Shown here: positions 1 through 8,700 of the stretch, piece after piece
Position numbering within the stretch: the first letter of the stretch is position 1
Layout: every line of letters begins with the position of its first letter
Origin: Rhodococcus sp. (in: high G+C Gram-positive bacteria)
Lineage (GTDB): Bacteria > Actinomycetota > Actinomycetes > Mycobacteriales > Mycobacteriaceae
NCBI GenBank assembly: GCA_012515885.1
Contig: JAAYXN010000105.1
Coordinates: 1-47,019 of the forward strand
Direction of reading: 5' to 3'
DNA: 47,019 nucleotides
Made by a program: the position numbers and the translations under genes
Notes under the pieces: generated by a model
The model's input: only the letters and a program-made list of their open reading frames with translations
Told to the model about the DNA's origin: nothing
Databases searched by the model: none

Positions 1-104
1 AGTTCGCGGGCTACTTCCGCGATCGTGCGGCCTGAATCGATGACGCGGTGCGCGGCCTCGACTTTATATTCCGGTGTGAATGACCGGCGTGGGCGCGGTG
101 ACAT
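1..104 (-). CDS. IS3-family transposase OrfA, N-terminal part (partial; not in ORF track)
   Basis: Manual translation from ATG at 104 gives MSPRPRRSFTPEYKVEAAHRVIDSGRTIAEVARE..., a typical HTH_Tnp_1 start. GAAGGA ribosome-binding site upstream. Confidence 0.85.
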   Translation of the reverse strand, partial: MSPRPRRSFTPEYKVEAAHRVIDSGRTIAEVARE

Positions 105-170
105 AAGGACATCCTTCCAGCAGGAACATGATCCTGCTAAGTGAGTGTCCACTCACCGGGGGGAACCTCA
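1..170 (-). mobile_element. IS3-family insertion sequence, left end (runs off the window edge)
   Basis: Minus strand begins at 170 with TGAGGTTCCCCCCGGTGAGTGGACAC, a TG-starting IS3-type terminal repeat. An IS3 OrfA-like reading frame starts about 65 nt inside. The partner IR is outside the window. Confidence 0.8.
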
Positions 171-345
171 TCGTACGCAACTGGAGAGGTGATCTCGACA
201 GACATCCGCCCACCGTACTATCTGGCCGCGCCTCGGGGGCGAACGAAATCAAAGCAGAACAAGGTCTGTTATATGCAACATTGTCGGGGGCGGAGGCCCG
301 TAATCTAAGGCCCAGTCGGCGATCGAGACAGTTTGGGGGAGCGCC

Positions 346-1092
346 ATGTCGTGGAGCACTAGCAAGCTAGCGGAGCTGGCAAACGTGAGTGTGCGGACAG
401 TGCGGCACTACCACCAGATCGGGCTACTCCCAGAACCTGAGCGGCTCTCCAACGGCTACAAGCAGTACGACACCGCACACCTAGTTGCGGTACTGCAGAT
501 TCGACGGTTATCAGCGCTGGGGATTCCACTGGACCAGATCGCGAAGATTCTCGATGACCCCGAGACAGGGGACAGGCAACTGCGTGCACTCCGAGACGAA
601 CTGGACGAGACAATCGCGCAGTTAGAGTCCACGCGGGAGGAAGTGCAACGAGTCATCGACTCCGGCGTCGACGCCGACATCTCCGTGGAAGCAGATCGAA
701 CCATGAGGGCGCTGAGACTCGACCGACACGGCGACGAGGGACGAGCACTTGCGACGGTGATGACGAACCTGTTGCCGCGCGAAGAGTTCACCCAGTTCGT
801 CGATCAGATCGAGAAGGCAGCGCCGGACTTTGCGCCAGTGGATGACGAGCTAGTTCAACTCGACCCCGATTCCAGCAGCGAACAGATCCGCGATCTCGCT
901 GGGCGCATTCTTGAGTCGATCGACGGCTTTCTAGGCGCCAACCCCGAACTGATGTCACCAGAGCACTCGCATGACGCGTCGCGTGCAGATGCAGTAAGGC
1001 ACGCTATGCAGTTGTCTTACAACCCCGCTCAATCGCAGGTGATGAACCTCGTCAACGCTGAGATGGCGAGGCGTCAGGCGGCCAGTGGTTGA
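346..1092 (+). CDS. MerR-family transcriptional regulator
   Basis: N-terminal MerR HTH (LAELANVSVRTVRHYHQIGLL-P-R--NGYKQY), then a coiled coil. GGAG RBS upstream. Confidence 0.9.
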   Translation: MSWSTSKLAELANVSVRTVRHYHQIGLLPEPERLSNGYKQYDTAHLVAVLQIRRLSALGIPLDQIAKILDDPETGDRQLRALRDELDETIAQLESTREEVQRVIDSGVDADISVEADRTMRALRLDRHGDEGRALATVMTNLLPREEFTQFVDQIEKAAPDFAPVDDELVQLDPDSSSEQIRDLAGRILESIDGFLGANPELMSPEHSHDASRADAVRHAMQLSYNPAQSQVMNLVNAEMARRQAASG

Positions 1093-1100
1093 AACGAACT

Positions 1101-1172
1101 CCAGCCGCGCACGCTTTTGACCAACCGCACCGGAAGTTTTCGGAGCGGATGGGTCAAAGCGTGCGCGGCTGG
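1101..1172. terminator. Long imperfect inverted repeat (terminator or REP-like hairpin)
   Basis: CCAGCCGCGCACGCTTTTGACC...GGTCAAAGCGTGCGCGGCTGG with further imperfect pairing inside. Starts 8 nt after the MerR stop. Confidence 0.6.
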
Positions 1173-1196
1173 TGATTATTCTCAACGCTAAGCATC

Positions 1197-1216
1197 GTTA
1201 CATGTAACATTGGGAT
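1197..1216 (+). promoter_or_regulatory. TA operator palindrome overlapping a leaderless -10 element
   Basis: Perfect palindrome GTTACATGTAAC (1197-1208). TAACAT (1205-1210, TANNNT) lies 6 nt before ATG 1217, with no SD sequence. Confidence 0.65.
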
Positions 1217-1423
1217 ATGTCAGTGAAGGATCGGGTCGCAGAATATCGCCGCAAGATGCGCGAACGTGGGTTTCGGCCGGTCCAGGTGTGGGTTCCCGAC
1301 GTCCGTAGCGAAGAGTTCGCAGCGGAAGCCAGGCGGCAATCATTGCTGCTAGCTGCGGCTGACGCACGCAGCGATGATCAAGACTTCGTGGAAGCCGTGG
1401 CCACACCCTGGGGTGATGAATGA
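1217..1423 (+). CDS. Antitoxin, DUF3018/MazE-like family
   Basis: 68 aa with [32 protein letters not shown] and an acidic C-terminus. Overlaps the toxin start (ATGA). Confidence 0.85.
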   Translation: [68 protein letters not shown]

Positions 1424-1755
1424 AACGCGGGGAAGTGTGGACAGTCGCTGGCGGCGCCTACGCATCGAAACCCCGGCCCGCAGTAATCATCCAAGATGAC
1501 CTGTTCGCATCAACCGATTCGGTTCTCGTCGCACCCTTCACGTCGACGCTCGTCAGCGCGCCGCTCATGCGGATCCGTGTAGACCCGACAGTTGCCGGCG
1601 ACTCGTCGGGATTGGAGAGCGCAAGCGACATCATGGTCGACAAAGTCACATCCGTCAGACGCAGCACCGTACAGGCGAAGATCGGCCGATTGTCCCCGGA
1701 ACTCCTAGTAGACGTCGATCGGGCACTGATGGTCATCCTCGGGTTGGCCCGATAG
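1420..1755 (+). CDS. mazF: PemK/MazF-family endoribonuclease toxin
   Basis: MKRGEVW...KPRPAVIIQ-D...V--FTS...DKV-SV...IGRL, the PemK/MazF signature. Coupled to the upstream antitoxin. Confidence 0.9.
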   Translation: MKRGEVWTVAGGAYASKPRPAVIIQDDLFASTDSVLVAPFTSTLVSAPLMRIRVDPTVAGDSSGLESASDIMVDKVTSVRRSTVQAKIGRLSPELLVDVDRALMVILGLAR

Positions 1756-1775
1756 GGGACTGGCGCCATATTCCG

Positions 1776-1814
1776 CTACACCCGACCTACTTGGACACAG
1801 AAAGTCGGGCGTAG
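1776..1814. promoter_or_regulatory. Inverted repeat upstream of the AraC gene (operator or terminator)
   Basis: CTACACCCGAC-N17-GTCGGGCGTAG, 10/11 complementary. Confidence 0.45.
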
Positions 1815-1861
1815 AGCCCTCACATGCTCGTACCGTTTGAGGGGCCTGGAAGGAGGTAAAC

Positions 1862-2740
1862 ATGGACGGTTGGAACGCCGCACTCGAAAGCATCGAACGG
1901 CAACTTGGTAGCGACGACATCGACGTGAACGCACTGGCGCGACTGGTATTGACGAATGAGTTTCAGTTCCGACGCATGTTTTCAGTGCTTTCTGGGTTAA
2001 CCCTCTCTGACTACATACGACGCAGACGGCTCACAGTCGCGGCGTCAGTAGTTCTTGAGGGTAGGGAAGCGATCCAGGATATTGCGGTGCGGTTCGGGTA
2101 CTCCTCGGCCGACGCCTTCAGTCGAGCCTTTCGAGCAGTGCACGGCGTTGGCCCGCAGGAGGCCAGACAATCTGGCGCAGTTCTGCGTTCGCAACCCCGA
2201 CTGATGATCACACTCAACATCGAGGGAGCAGAACAAGTGGACTATCGGCTTGAGAACAAGGGGCCGTTTGCGCTGATCGGACGTAAGAGGCGCATGCAGA
2301 TCGTATTTGAAGGGCCGAATCAGGAGATGATCGATTTCTACAAGGAGGTCGGCCATGACGAAATCGATGCGATCGGCGAGCTTGCGAATGTGGAGCCGAA
2401 GGGCACGCTCAGTGTTTGTACAGACTTCGAGGAGGGGCGTGAGGATGGCAGCAGCTTCGAGTTCTGGATAGCTGCCGCTGTGGAAAGCAATCCTGGGGAA
2501 GTTGAGTCCAGCGGGCATCGGCTTGATGTGCTCGACGTGCCTGCCCACACGTGGCTCGTGCTGTTCACCGAAGATACTGCGACAGAGGCCATTCAGCAGC
2601 TCTGGGTAGATGCCTACGGCAAATGGTTTCCCTCAAACCCGTACAGCGCGGTTCCTGGCCCAGAACTCTGCGTGAACGTCTACGACGAAGAAGGCAACGA
2701 CCTTCGTACTGAACTGTGGCTGCCAGTCCAGAAGGTTTGA
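1862..2740 (+). CDS. AraC-family regulator with C-terminal GyrI-like effector-binding domain
   Basis: AraC HTH (FRRMFS--SG--LSDYIRRRRLT; IAVRFGYSSADAFSRAFRAVHG) and GyrI-like tail (W...YGKWFPSNPY...GPE...ELWLPV). AAGGAGG RBS. Confidence 0.92.
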   Translation: MDGWNAALESIERQLGSDDIDVNALARLVLTNEFQFRRMFSVLSGLTLSDYIRRRRLTVAASVVLEGREAIQDIAVRFGYSSADAFSRAFRAVHGVGPQEARQSGAVLRSQPRLMITLNIEGAEQVDYRLENKGPFALIGRKRRMQIVFEGPNQEMIDFYKEVGHDEIDAIGELANVEPKGTLSVCTDFEEGREDGSSFEFWIAAAVESNPGEVESSGHRLDVLDVPAHTWLVLFTEDTATEAIQQLWVDAYGKWFPSNPYSAVPGPELCVNVYDEEGNDLRTELWLPVQKV

Positions 2741-2767
2741 AAGTGTCGAAGGGGGCTCCCGGAGTCC

Positions 2768-2873
2768 ACGTGACATAAACCGAGAGTCGGAAGCGCCAAG
2801 GGGAGGCACCTTCCGTCTTTACTTGACATAAACCGAGAGTTGGAGGCATCGAGCAGGGCCCTTTCCGGTCTTT
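2768..2873. repeat. Two 53-bp tandem units, each carrying a dif-like (cer-like 11-8-11) Xer site
   Basis: Sites read ACGTGACATAA-ACCGAGAG-TCGGAAGCGCC (2768) and ACTTGACATAA-ACCGAGAG-TTGGAGGCATC (2821). Both units end in GTCTTT. The next XerD arm (dif) starts at 2874. Confidence 0.8.
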
Positions 2874-2901
2874 ACCTGACATAATGTAGATTATCGGCAA
2901 A
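2874..2901 (-). other. dif: Chromosomal dif site (XerC/XerD dimer resolution)
   Basis: Minus strand reads TTTGCCGATAA-TCTACA-TTATGTCAGGT, matching the actinobacterial dif pattern (..GCCGATAA-N6-TTATGTCAAGT). It is intergenic, and gene orientation mostly converges on it from both sides. Confidence 0.88.
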
Positions 2902-2971
2902 ACGGTGACCTGGGGATTTTCGGCGAAATCGGCGTTCACCCCATATGTAGACGCACACAGCTCCAACGTGC

Positions 2972-3013
2972 CGTTGCCAACGCGGGATGAGTCTGCACTC
3001 CGTGTTGGCAACG
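2972..3013. repeat. Inverted repeat (hairpin)
   Basis: CGTTGCCAACGCGG-N14-CCGTGTTGGCAACG, 13/14 complementary. Confidence 0.55.
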
Positions 3014-3250
3014 CGCATCGACACGTCACGCCAAAAACGCCCCGAATCTTCGGTGAATAATATGCAGTGACTCGAATCAACTCAGGTTCTAGCCATCGAC
3101 TCTGCCGATATATCGATTCCCGTCGAAAGTGGTTGACCGTGAGGCAAAGTCGACCACTTCCCCACCTCCCGGCTAGCCACGGTCATTACGTCACTGTGAC
3201 GAATATCAGCACCCCGGGCGCCCCGTCGGTGTCTCATACGCCGGGCCCCT

Positions 3251-4684
3251 CTACGCGCCGGACGCGTGTAGAGGGGCTGCTACCTGCTGGGCCGCAACGC
3301 CCTGCTGCGCCACTGCATTGAGCACCGCCGAGAATCGGGCAACGAAACGGTTGATCGTCACACGGCCGGTTGCCGTGTCGGGAAACCGTGACCGCAGCGA
3401 CAGACCCTCGGTGGTACGAGACACCCAGAACTGGGCGTCATCACACACGGTGATATTGCTAATGTGACGAGCATTCAACTCGCGGTGGCGATCCGATCCC
3501 TCGATACGCCGATAGTCGATATACGAAACCATGAAGAGATCAGTCCGGGTACGCCGGTAGCGATCGCCAACCCCGTCGTGAATCTGCTTCATATTTAAAC
3601 TACCTAGAGACAAAGATGCGCGGAACGCGGCATGGGTGTCCGTCAGCGTGGATGCGAAGTCGAGATCGGTGACAGGAACAGTGAGCGGCGCGCTCGTGGT
3701 CAGCCAGCCAACGGCGTTCTCCCACTGTGAATCACGACGAGTATGCAGCGGGAACTGCAGGGGAAGCTCCCCCGGCCCGCCTTCAAGACGGACAGCCATC
3801 GCGAGCGCGGTCAGCATCCCCGTGAACATCGAACCACCCGCGTCCAGGCAGTGACGTTCAAATAGGTCGGTTTCAGCGGCACCGAGAACAGCCTGAACAT
3901 CAGACGCCTGCGGCGCAGGCTTACCTGCCTCAACGCCGAGATCCAGCGGGAAGCTTGGTGCGCTACCGCCGCACTCGTCGTAAAACTTTGCCCACGCCCT
4001 AATACGTGGATCGGCGGGTGTTACGACAGTGGCGACCTTGCCCGCGCGCTGTTCCTCTTCGCAGTAGGCCATGAAACTGCCTGCGGTACCGAGAGCGTCG
4101 TTTACGGCCTCGGACGTCACGTGCGGGTCGCTAACCAGCAGCTCATAGATCGCGGAGAGTTCGCGCACTGCAATGGCCAACGAAAGCCCATCGACGAGTG
4201 TGTGATCAAAAGCGGCAATCACAGTGGTCGACTTTGCCCTGGTGACCGCACTGAAGAGGTACGCGGGGAAGGTCAGCGGGTCGCAGACTTCAGTAAATCT
4301 GGCACGCAGGTAGCCCCGCAGATCGCTGCGCGTGCTGATAACCCGGGCTGAGGACGGCGTCAGGGCGATATCCACGGGATCAAGGGTCCGGCGTTCAATG
4401 CCCTGCGCGCTGACATCGAAACCGGTCCACAGCGTGTCGTGGCGGGCGACGAACAACTCAAACATCCGGCCCAGTAGCTCACAGCGAGGCTTACCTGAAA
4501 CATCAAAACTTGCCGCCATCCATACACTCGCGCCGACGCCTTGAGTGCGGGCGGTGTCGAGGTGGAAGCGCTGGTTATAGCTTGGCGGAACGGCGCTGGT
4601 ACGCGCATCGCGCCGGGCCGTGACGGTCCATTCCGTCACGGCTCCCGGCTCGATGTCGTAACGATCAATGGTGGTGACGTACAT
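3251..4684 (-). CDS. PapA-type (condensation-fold) acyltransferase
   Basis: 477 aa. N-terminal PG----W...VPPSYNQ-FHL, catalytic HxxxDG (DHTLVDG), F-LDLG, AVGW and SYIDYR motifs as in mycobacterial PapA proteins. Confidence 0.8.
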   Translation of the reverse strand: MYVTTIDRYDIEPGAVTEWTVTARRDARTSAVPPSYNQRFHLDTARTQGVGASVWMAASFDVSGKPRCELLGRMFELFVARHDTLWTGFDVSAQGIERRTLDPVDIALTPSSARVISTRSDLRGYLRARFTEVCDPLTFPAYLFSAVTRAKSTTVIAAFDHTLVDGLSLAIAVRELSAIYELLVSDPHVTSEAVNDALGTAGSFMAYCEEEQRAGKVATVVTPADPRIRAWAKFYDECGGSAPSFPLDLGVEAGKPAPQASDVQAVLGAAETDLFERHCLDAGGSMFTGMLTALAMAVRLEGGPGELPLQFPLHTRRDSQWENAVGWLTTSAPLTVPVTDLDFASTLTDTHAAFRASLSLGSLNMKQIHDGVGDRYRRTRTDLFMVSYIDYRRIEGSDRHRELNARHISNITVCDDAQFWVSRTTEGLSLRSRFPDTATGRVTINRFVARFSAVLNAVAQQGVAAQQVAAPLHASGA

Positions 4685-5187
4685 CAGCTGCCCGTGTACG
4701 AGCTTCCCGAGTTGCTGCGTTCGCTGCGGCTAGCCTCAGGAGCAGTCTGTGCTTCCGTCTCGAACAGTCCGTTCTGGCGGATGCCGTTCAGCACACGCTC
4801 CAGGCAGCCGTACGCCGCAACGGTGATCACTGCTGCCGGTCCGCCAGCAACTGCGGCCAGACGCTGACCCACAGCGTTCACCAGCACGTCGACGTTCTGC
4901 ACACTGACCTCAGACGTGGTTGCACCGACCAGTGCACCGACGCCGCAGGTGCGCAATTGCCGGACAACGACGTCGCCCGCTGCGGTGATGTAAGCGGTGG
5001 CACGCTCGACAGGGCTAGCTGTCCGCACCACTCCCTCACCGTCTCCCTGGGCAGGTACGGCGTCTTCAGTTGACTCCGTGATGCTGATCGGCGGCACGAA
5101 AGGAGCTACTGGCTGGGCGTGGGCGGTTGCTGCACCCAATGTCAGAGCCGTCACGGCTGTCGCAATAACGAGGGAAATACGCTTCAC
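4684..5187 (-). CDS. Secreted hypothetical protein (Sec signal, Cys pair, Gly/Ala-rich hydrophobic segments)
   Basis: Signal peptide MKRISLVIATAVTALTLGAATAHA, AAGGA RBS, and a stop overlapping the start of the PapA-type gene. Confidence 0.7.
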   Translation of the reverse strand: MKRISLVIATAVTALTLGAATAHAQPVAPFVPPISITESTEDAVPAQGDGEGVVRTASPVERATAYITAAGDVVVRQLRTCGVGALVGATTSEVSVQNVDVLVNAVGQRLAAVAGGPAAVITVAAYGCLERVLNGIRQNGLFETEAQTAPEASRSERSNSGSSYTGS

Positions 5188-5568
5188 GGATGTATTCCTT
5201 ACATGGGGGTTGGATACGGATACTCACGTTGCGTCGCTGAATCCATTGCGTAATTCCGGAATGGGGCCACTGAATTGTTGAGTTACCTCTATGCGGCGAT
5301 GTCGGAGTGATACATCGCTGTGCGCAGTGAACTACTAATTCGCGAGTTGCGGTCCCGTTCGGGCTTTACGTCTGGTTCTGCGAGCGTCGCAGAACAGGTC
5401 GACTTCAGGGGTGGTGAAGGGGAAATCTGCGTCGTTTCAAGCCTTCACACGACGCAATTCCTGTGACCAGTCCGTGACCTAGAAAGTGTCCCGTCTTTGC
5501 ACGGCAAATGCTGACCCTTCGTAAACCGGAGTTTGTAACATCACAGCTAGAGGCCATAAAAGTTGCGT

Positions 5569-5640
5569 CCGGTCCGGATCCGGCCCGGTAGTGTGGACCC
5601 CGCTGTGAGCAAACCAATAATGAGATGTGGATCTCATTAT
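5569..5640. promoter_or_regulatory. Two palindromic candidate operators in the divergent promoter region
   Basis: CCGGTCCGGATCCGGCCCGG (5569-5588, one mismatched pair) and perfect ATAATGAGAT-GTGG-ATCTCATTAT (5617-5640). Confidence 0.5.
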
Positions 5641-5785
5641 GCTGGAATCGCGGCGCTGTGCCATGCTAAATACGCGAGGGCCAAACCGGGCGGTGCTCCG
5701 ACATATCGTCGATCACTTAGCAGTTGAACCGTAAAGAGGCAGTGCGGCGATTGAATTATGTAGGAACTAGCGGGTCGGAGAGTTA

Positions 5786-8700
5786 ATGGAAGATCTCGAT
5801 AGTTCAGATCACCCCCGCGCAAAATTCGCCGAACGCTTTTCTTTGCTATACGACGTAGCGGGCCGTCCCGTTCTGAAAAGACTCGCTGATCACGCCAATG
5901 CGGCAATTGTGGTGACCGATTCACGCCGGTCGGTTTTCGTTTCTGCTCAGCGTTTATCGGACTGGCGTTCAGGCCGGAACGTGCCCGCCCGATTTGAGGG
6001 GCTCGCCGCGACGGTACGTGTCTTGATTGCTGCCGCGCGTTCTCGGCAGCCGCAGCCACCTGTTGACGGCCTGTACTCGGTGCGGGTGTGGCAACAGTGG
6101 TGGGAACAGGCGGCACGGAGCGAGGTTGGAACACCACGCGCCAGCGCAGCGCCCCCACCGACCCCGGCCGTTGAGGTCACTGAACCGCCCTACCGCGGCC
6201 TCGCCGCATTCACCGCCCAGGACAGCCGCTTCTTCTTTGGCCGCGGCCGCGCCAGTGAGGCGCTCGCGACGCTGGTTCGTGCCAGCATTGCGGTCCGTGC
6301 GCCGTCTGAGGGCGACGATCTAGACCCTGCAGTTCCAGAGCCCGACGAGTTAGACGCGGAACCGCTGTCACTGTCGGTGTTGGTGGGCGCCTCGGGCTCG
6401 GGGAAATCGTCGCTGCTGTACGCGGGACTCGCGCCGCTCCTAGCGCCTGAATACGAGCTAGTAGCGCTGACGCCCGGCTCGCAGCCGATCACCAAGCTGA
6501 CGGAGGCGTTGGCCGCCGTTCCGGTCGGTACACGCACCGTGCTGGTGATCGACCAGTGCGAGGAACTGTTCACCCAGACGGTGGACGATCATCTGCGTAC
6601 CCAGTTCATCGATCAGCTCACCACGATCGCGCGGACAGGCCGATACGGCACTGTCGTCGTCGATGCTGTTGTCATCGCGGTGCGCGCTGACTTCTATGAG
6701 CAGTGCCTGCGGTACCCGCAGTTGGCGAGCAGTCTTCAGGACGCACAAATGGTCTTGGGGCAAATGACCCCAGCCGAAATCACGTCGGCGGTGGAGTGCC
6801 CCGCACATTTGGTGGGGGTACCCGTCGAGCCGGGGTTGGTCAATCTGATGCTGCGTGACCTCGGTGCACCGCCAGCACTGGAGGGAGTCGACACCCCGGA
6901 ACTGTCCGCCGCCCAGTACAGCGCCGGAGCGCTACCGCTGCTCAGTCACGCTCTTCTCGCCACGTGGCAGGCGCGCACTGGCGCCGAACTGTCCATTCGG
7001 GCGTACACGTCGGTCGGTGGTGTGCACGGCGCCGTGGCGCGTACCGCCGATCAGGTGTGGGAAGGGCTCTCGCCGCGTCAGCAGGTGGCCGCCCGCCAGC
7101 TACTCACCGAGTTGGTGACGGTATCGGAAGACGGCCCAGACACCCGCCGCAAAGTTCATCGCAGCGACCTTCTCGCCGCGTGTACGGATTCGATTGATGC
7201 GGCTGGCGCGCTGCGACAACTCATCTCGTCACGCCTGGTGACCAGTGATTCTCACGGCGTAGAACTCACTCACGAAGCGTTGCTGCATGCCTGGCCGCGG
7301 TTGGCGGACTGGCTGCGCGAGGATCGCGCGAACGCGGTGCTGCGTCAACGCATCGATAAGGACGCTCGCGAGTGGGATCAGCATGACCGCGACAGATCGC
7401 TTCTGTACCGGGGTTTGCGACTCGAATCTGCCCTGGCGTGGACTGCTGATCACAGCAACCGGATTCTGCCCACTACACGGGCTTTCGTGACTGCCGCCGA
7501 GAAGCATGGTCGCGCTGTGCGTCTTCGAGGCCGCGTACTTGTGGTCGCGTTGACGGTGCTGGCGATTGTCGCGTCGGTAGCTGCGGTGACGGCTCATTTT
7601 CAGCGTGCGGCGGCAACTGATCAGCGCAACGCCGCCCAGTATGCAGAACTGCTGGCGCAGGCGTCCCGCGCGCAGGTCTCTGATCCGTCGCGATCGGCGC
7701 AACTAGCGCTCACCGCTCACGAAGGCCGACCCGATGACGCGGCGGCCTACACGATGACGGTGGCGACCCAGAATGCCCCGCTCGCTAGCGAATTGGGTGC
7801 TCACGGCGGCGCGGTGTATCACACAGCGGTGAGCAGTACTGGTATCGCGGCGTCAGCAAGCTATGACCGCACTATCCGGCTGTGGGACGTCGCTCGCGGA
7901 GTACAGGTTGGTCCCGCGTTGGAAGGCCACACAAGTTGGGTGACCAGTGTGGCTTTCAGTCCGGACGGACGCATTTTGGCGAGCGGCAGTGGTGATCGGA
8001 CTGTTCGGCTGTGGGATGTCAGTGACCCCGAGAGTCCGCGGCCTATCGGTATCCCGCGGGAAGGCCATACCGGCGCGATCTACATGGTGGCGTTCGCGCC
8101 AGACGGCCGCACGGTGGCGAGTGCGAGCGATGACTCGACGGTGCGGCTGTGGAGTATCGGGGATAGCGGAAATAGCGACGCCCCCGACCCGACAGGTGAC
8201 GGCACAGTTCTCAGTGGACACTCCGCGGCCGTGCGCTCGGTGGCATTCGCTCCAGATGGCCAGATGCTGGTGTCTGGCAGTGACGATCACACGGCGCGGC
8301 TGTGGGATCTTCGTCGGCCGCTCGCACCGACCGTGATTGGTGCGCCGCTCGTGGGCCATTCGGACACCGTGCATTCAGTGGCGTTTAGTCCCGATGGGAC
8401 GCTGTTGGCGACCGGTAGTGACGATCAGAGTGTGCGGCTGTGGTTTACCAATGGACACACTCAGCCACTCCCAGCGCGTGAACCGCTCACGGGCCATGAT
8501 GCGGCGATTTGGTCGATCGGGTTCAGCCCTGACGGATCAGCGTTGGTGTCGGCGAGCTGGGATGGAACAGCGAAAATCTGGTCGCTCGCAGATCCCAATA
8601 CTCCCACCACGTTGGGGCAGCCGCTCGCGGGCAGCAGCGGCGGATTAACGACGGCCGTATTTACCCCGGACGGGCATTCGGTTCTCACTGGTGGCCAGGA

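Noticed and set aside
96-106. GGTGACATAA as another XerD-arm copy marking a left cassette boundary
   Set aside because: It is the start-codon region of the IS3 OrfA, and neither the 8-bp core nor a second arm follows it.
1101-1172. Integron attC or folded CTX-type attP site
   Set aside because: No RYYYAAC/GTTRRRY ends, only a weak TTGAC resemblance to the XerD arm, and no integrase in the window.
2768-2901. Mini CRISPR array
   Set aside because: Only 2-3 units, the short linkers resemble each other, there are no cas genes, and the third unit is a recognisable dif.
2565-3321. ORFs 2565-3080 (-) and 3067-3321 (+)
   Set aside because: They overlap the AraC gene, dif or the PapA-type gene, and have no recognisable motifs.
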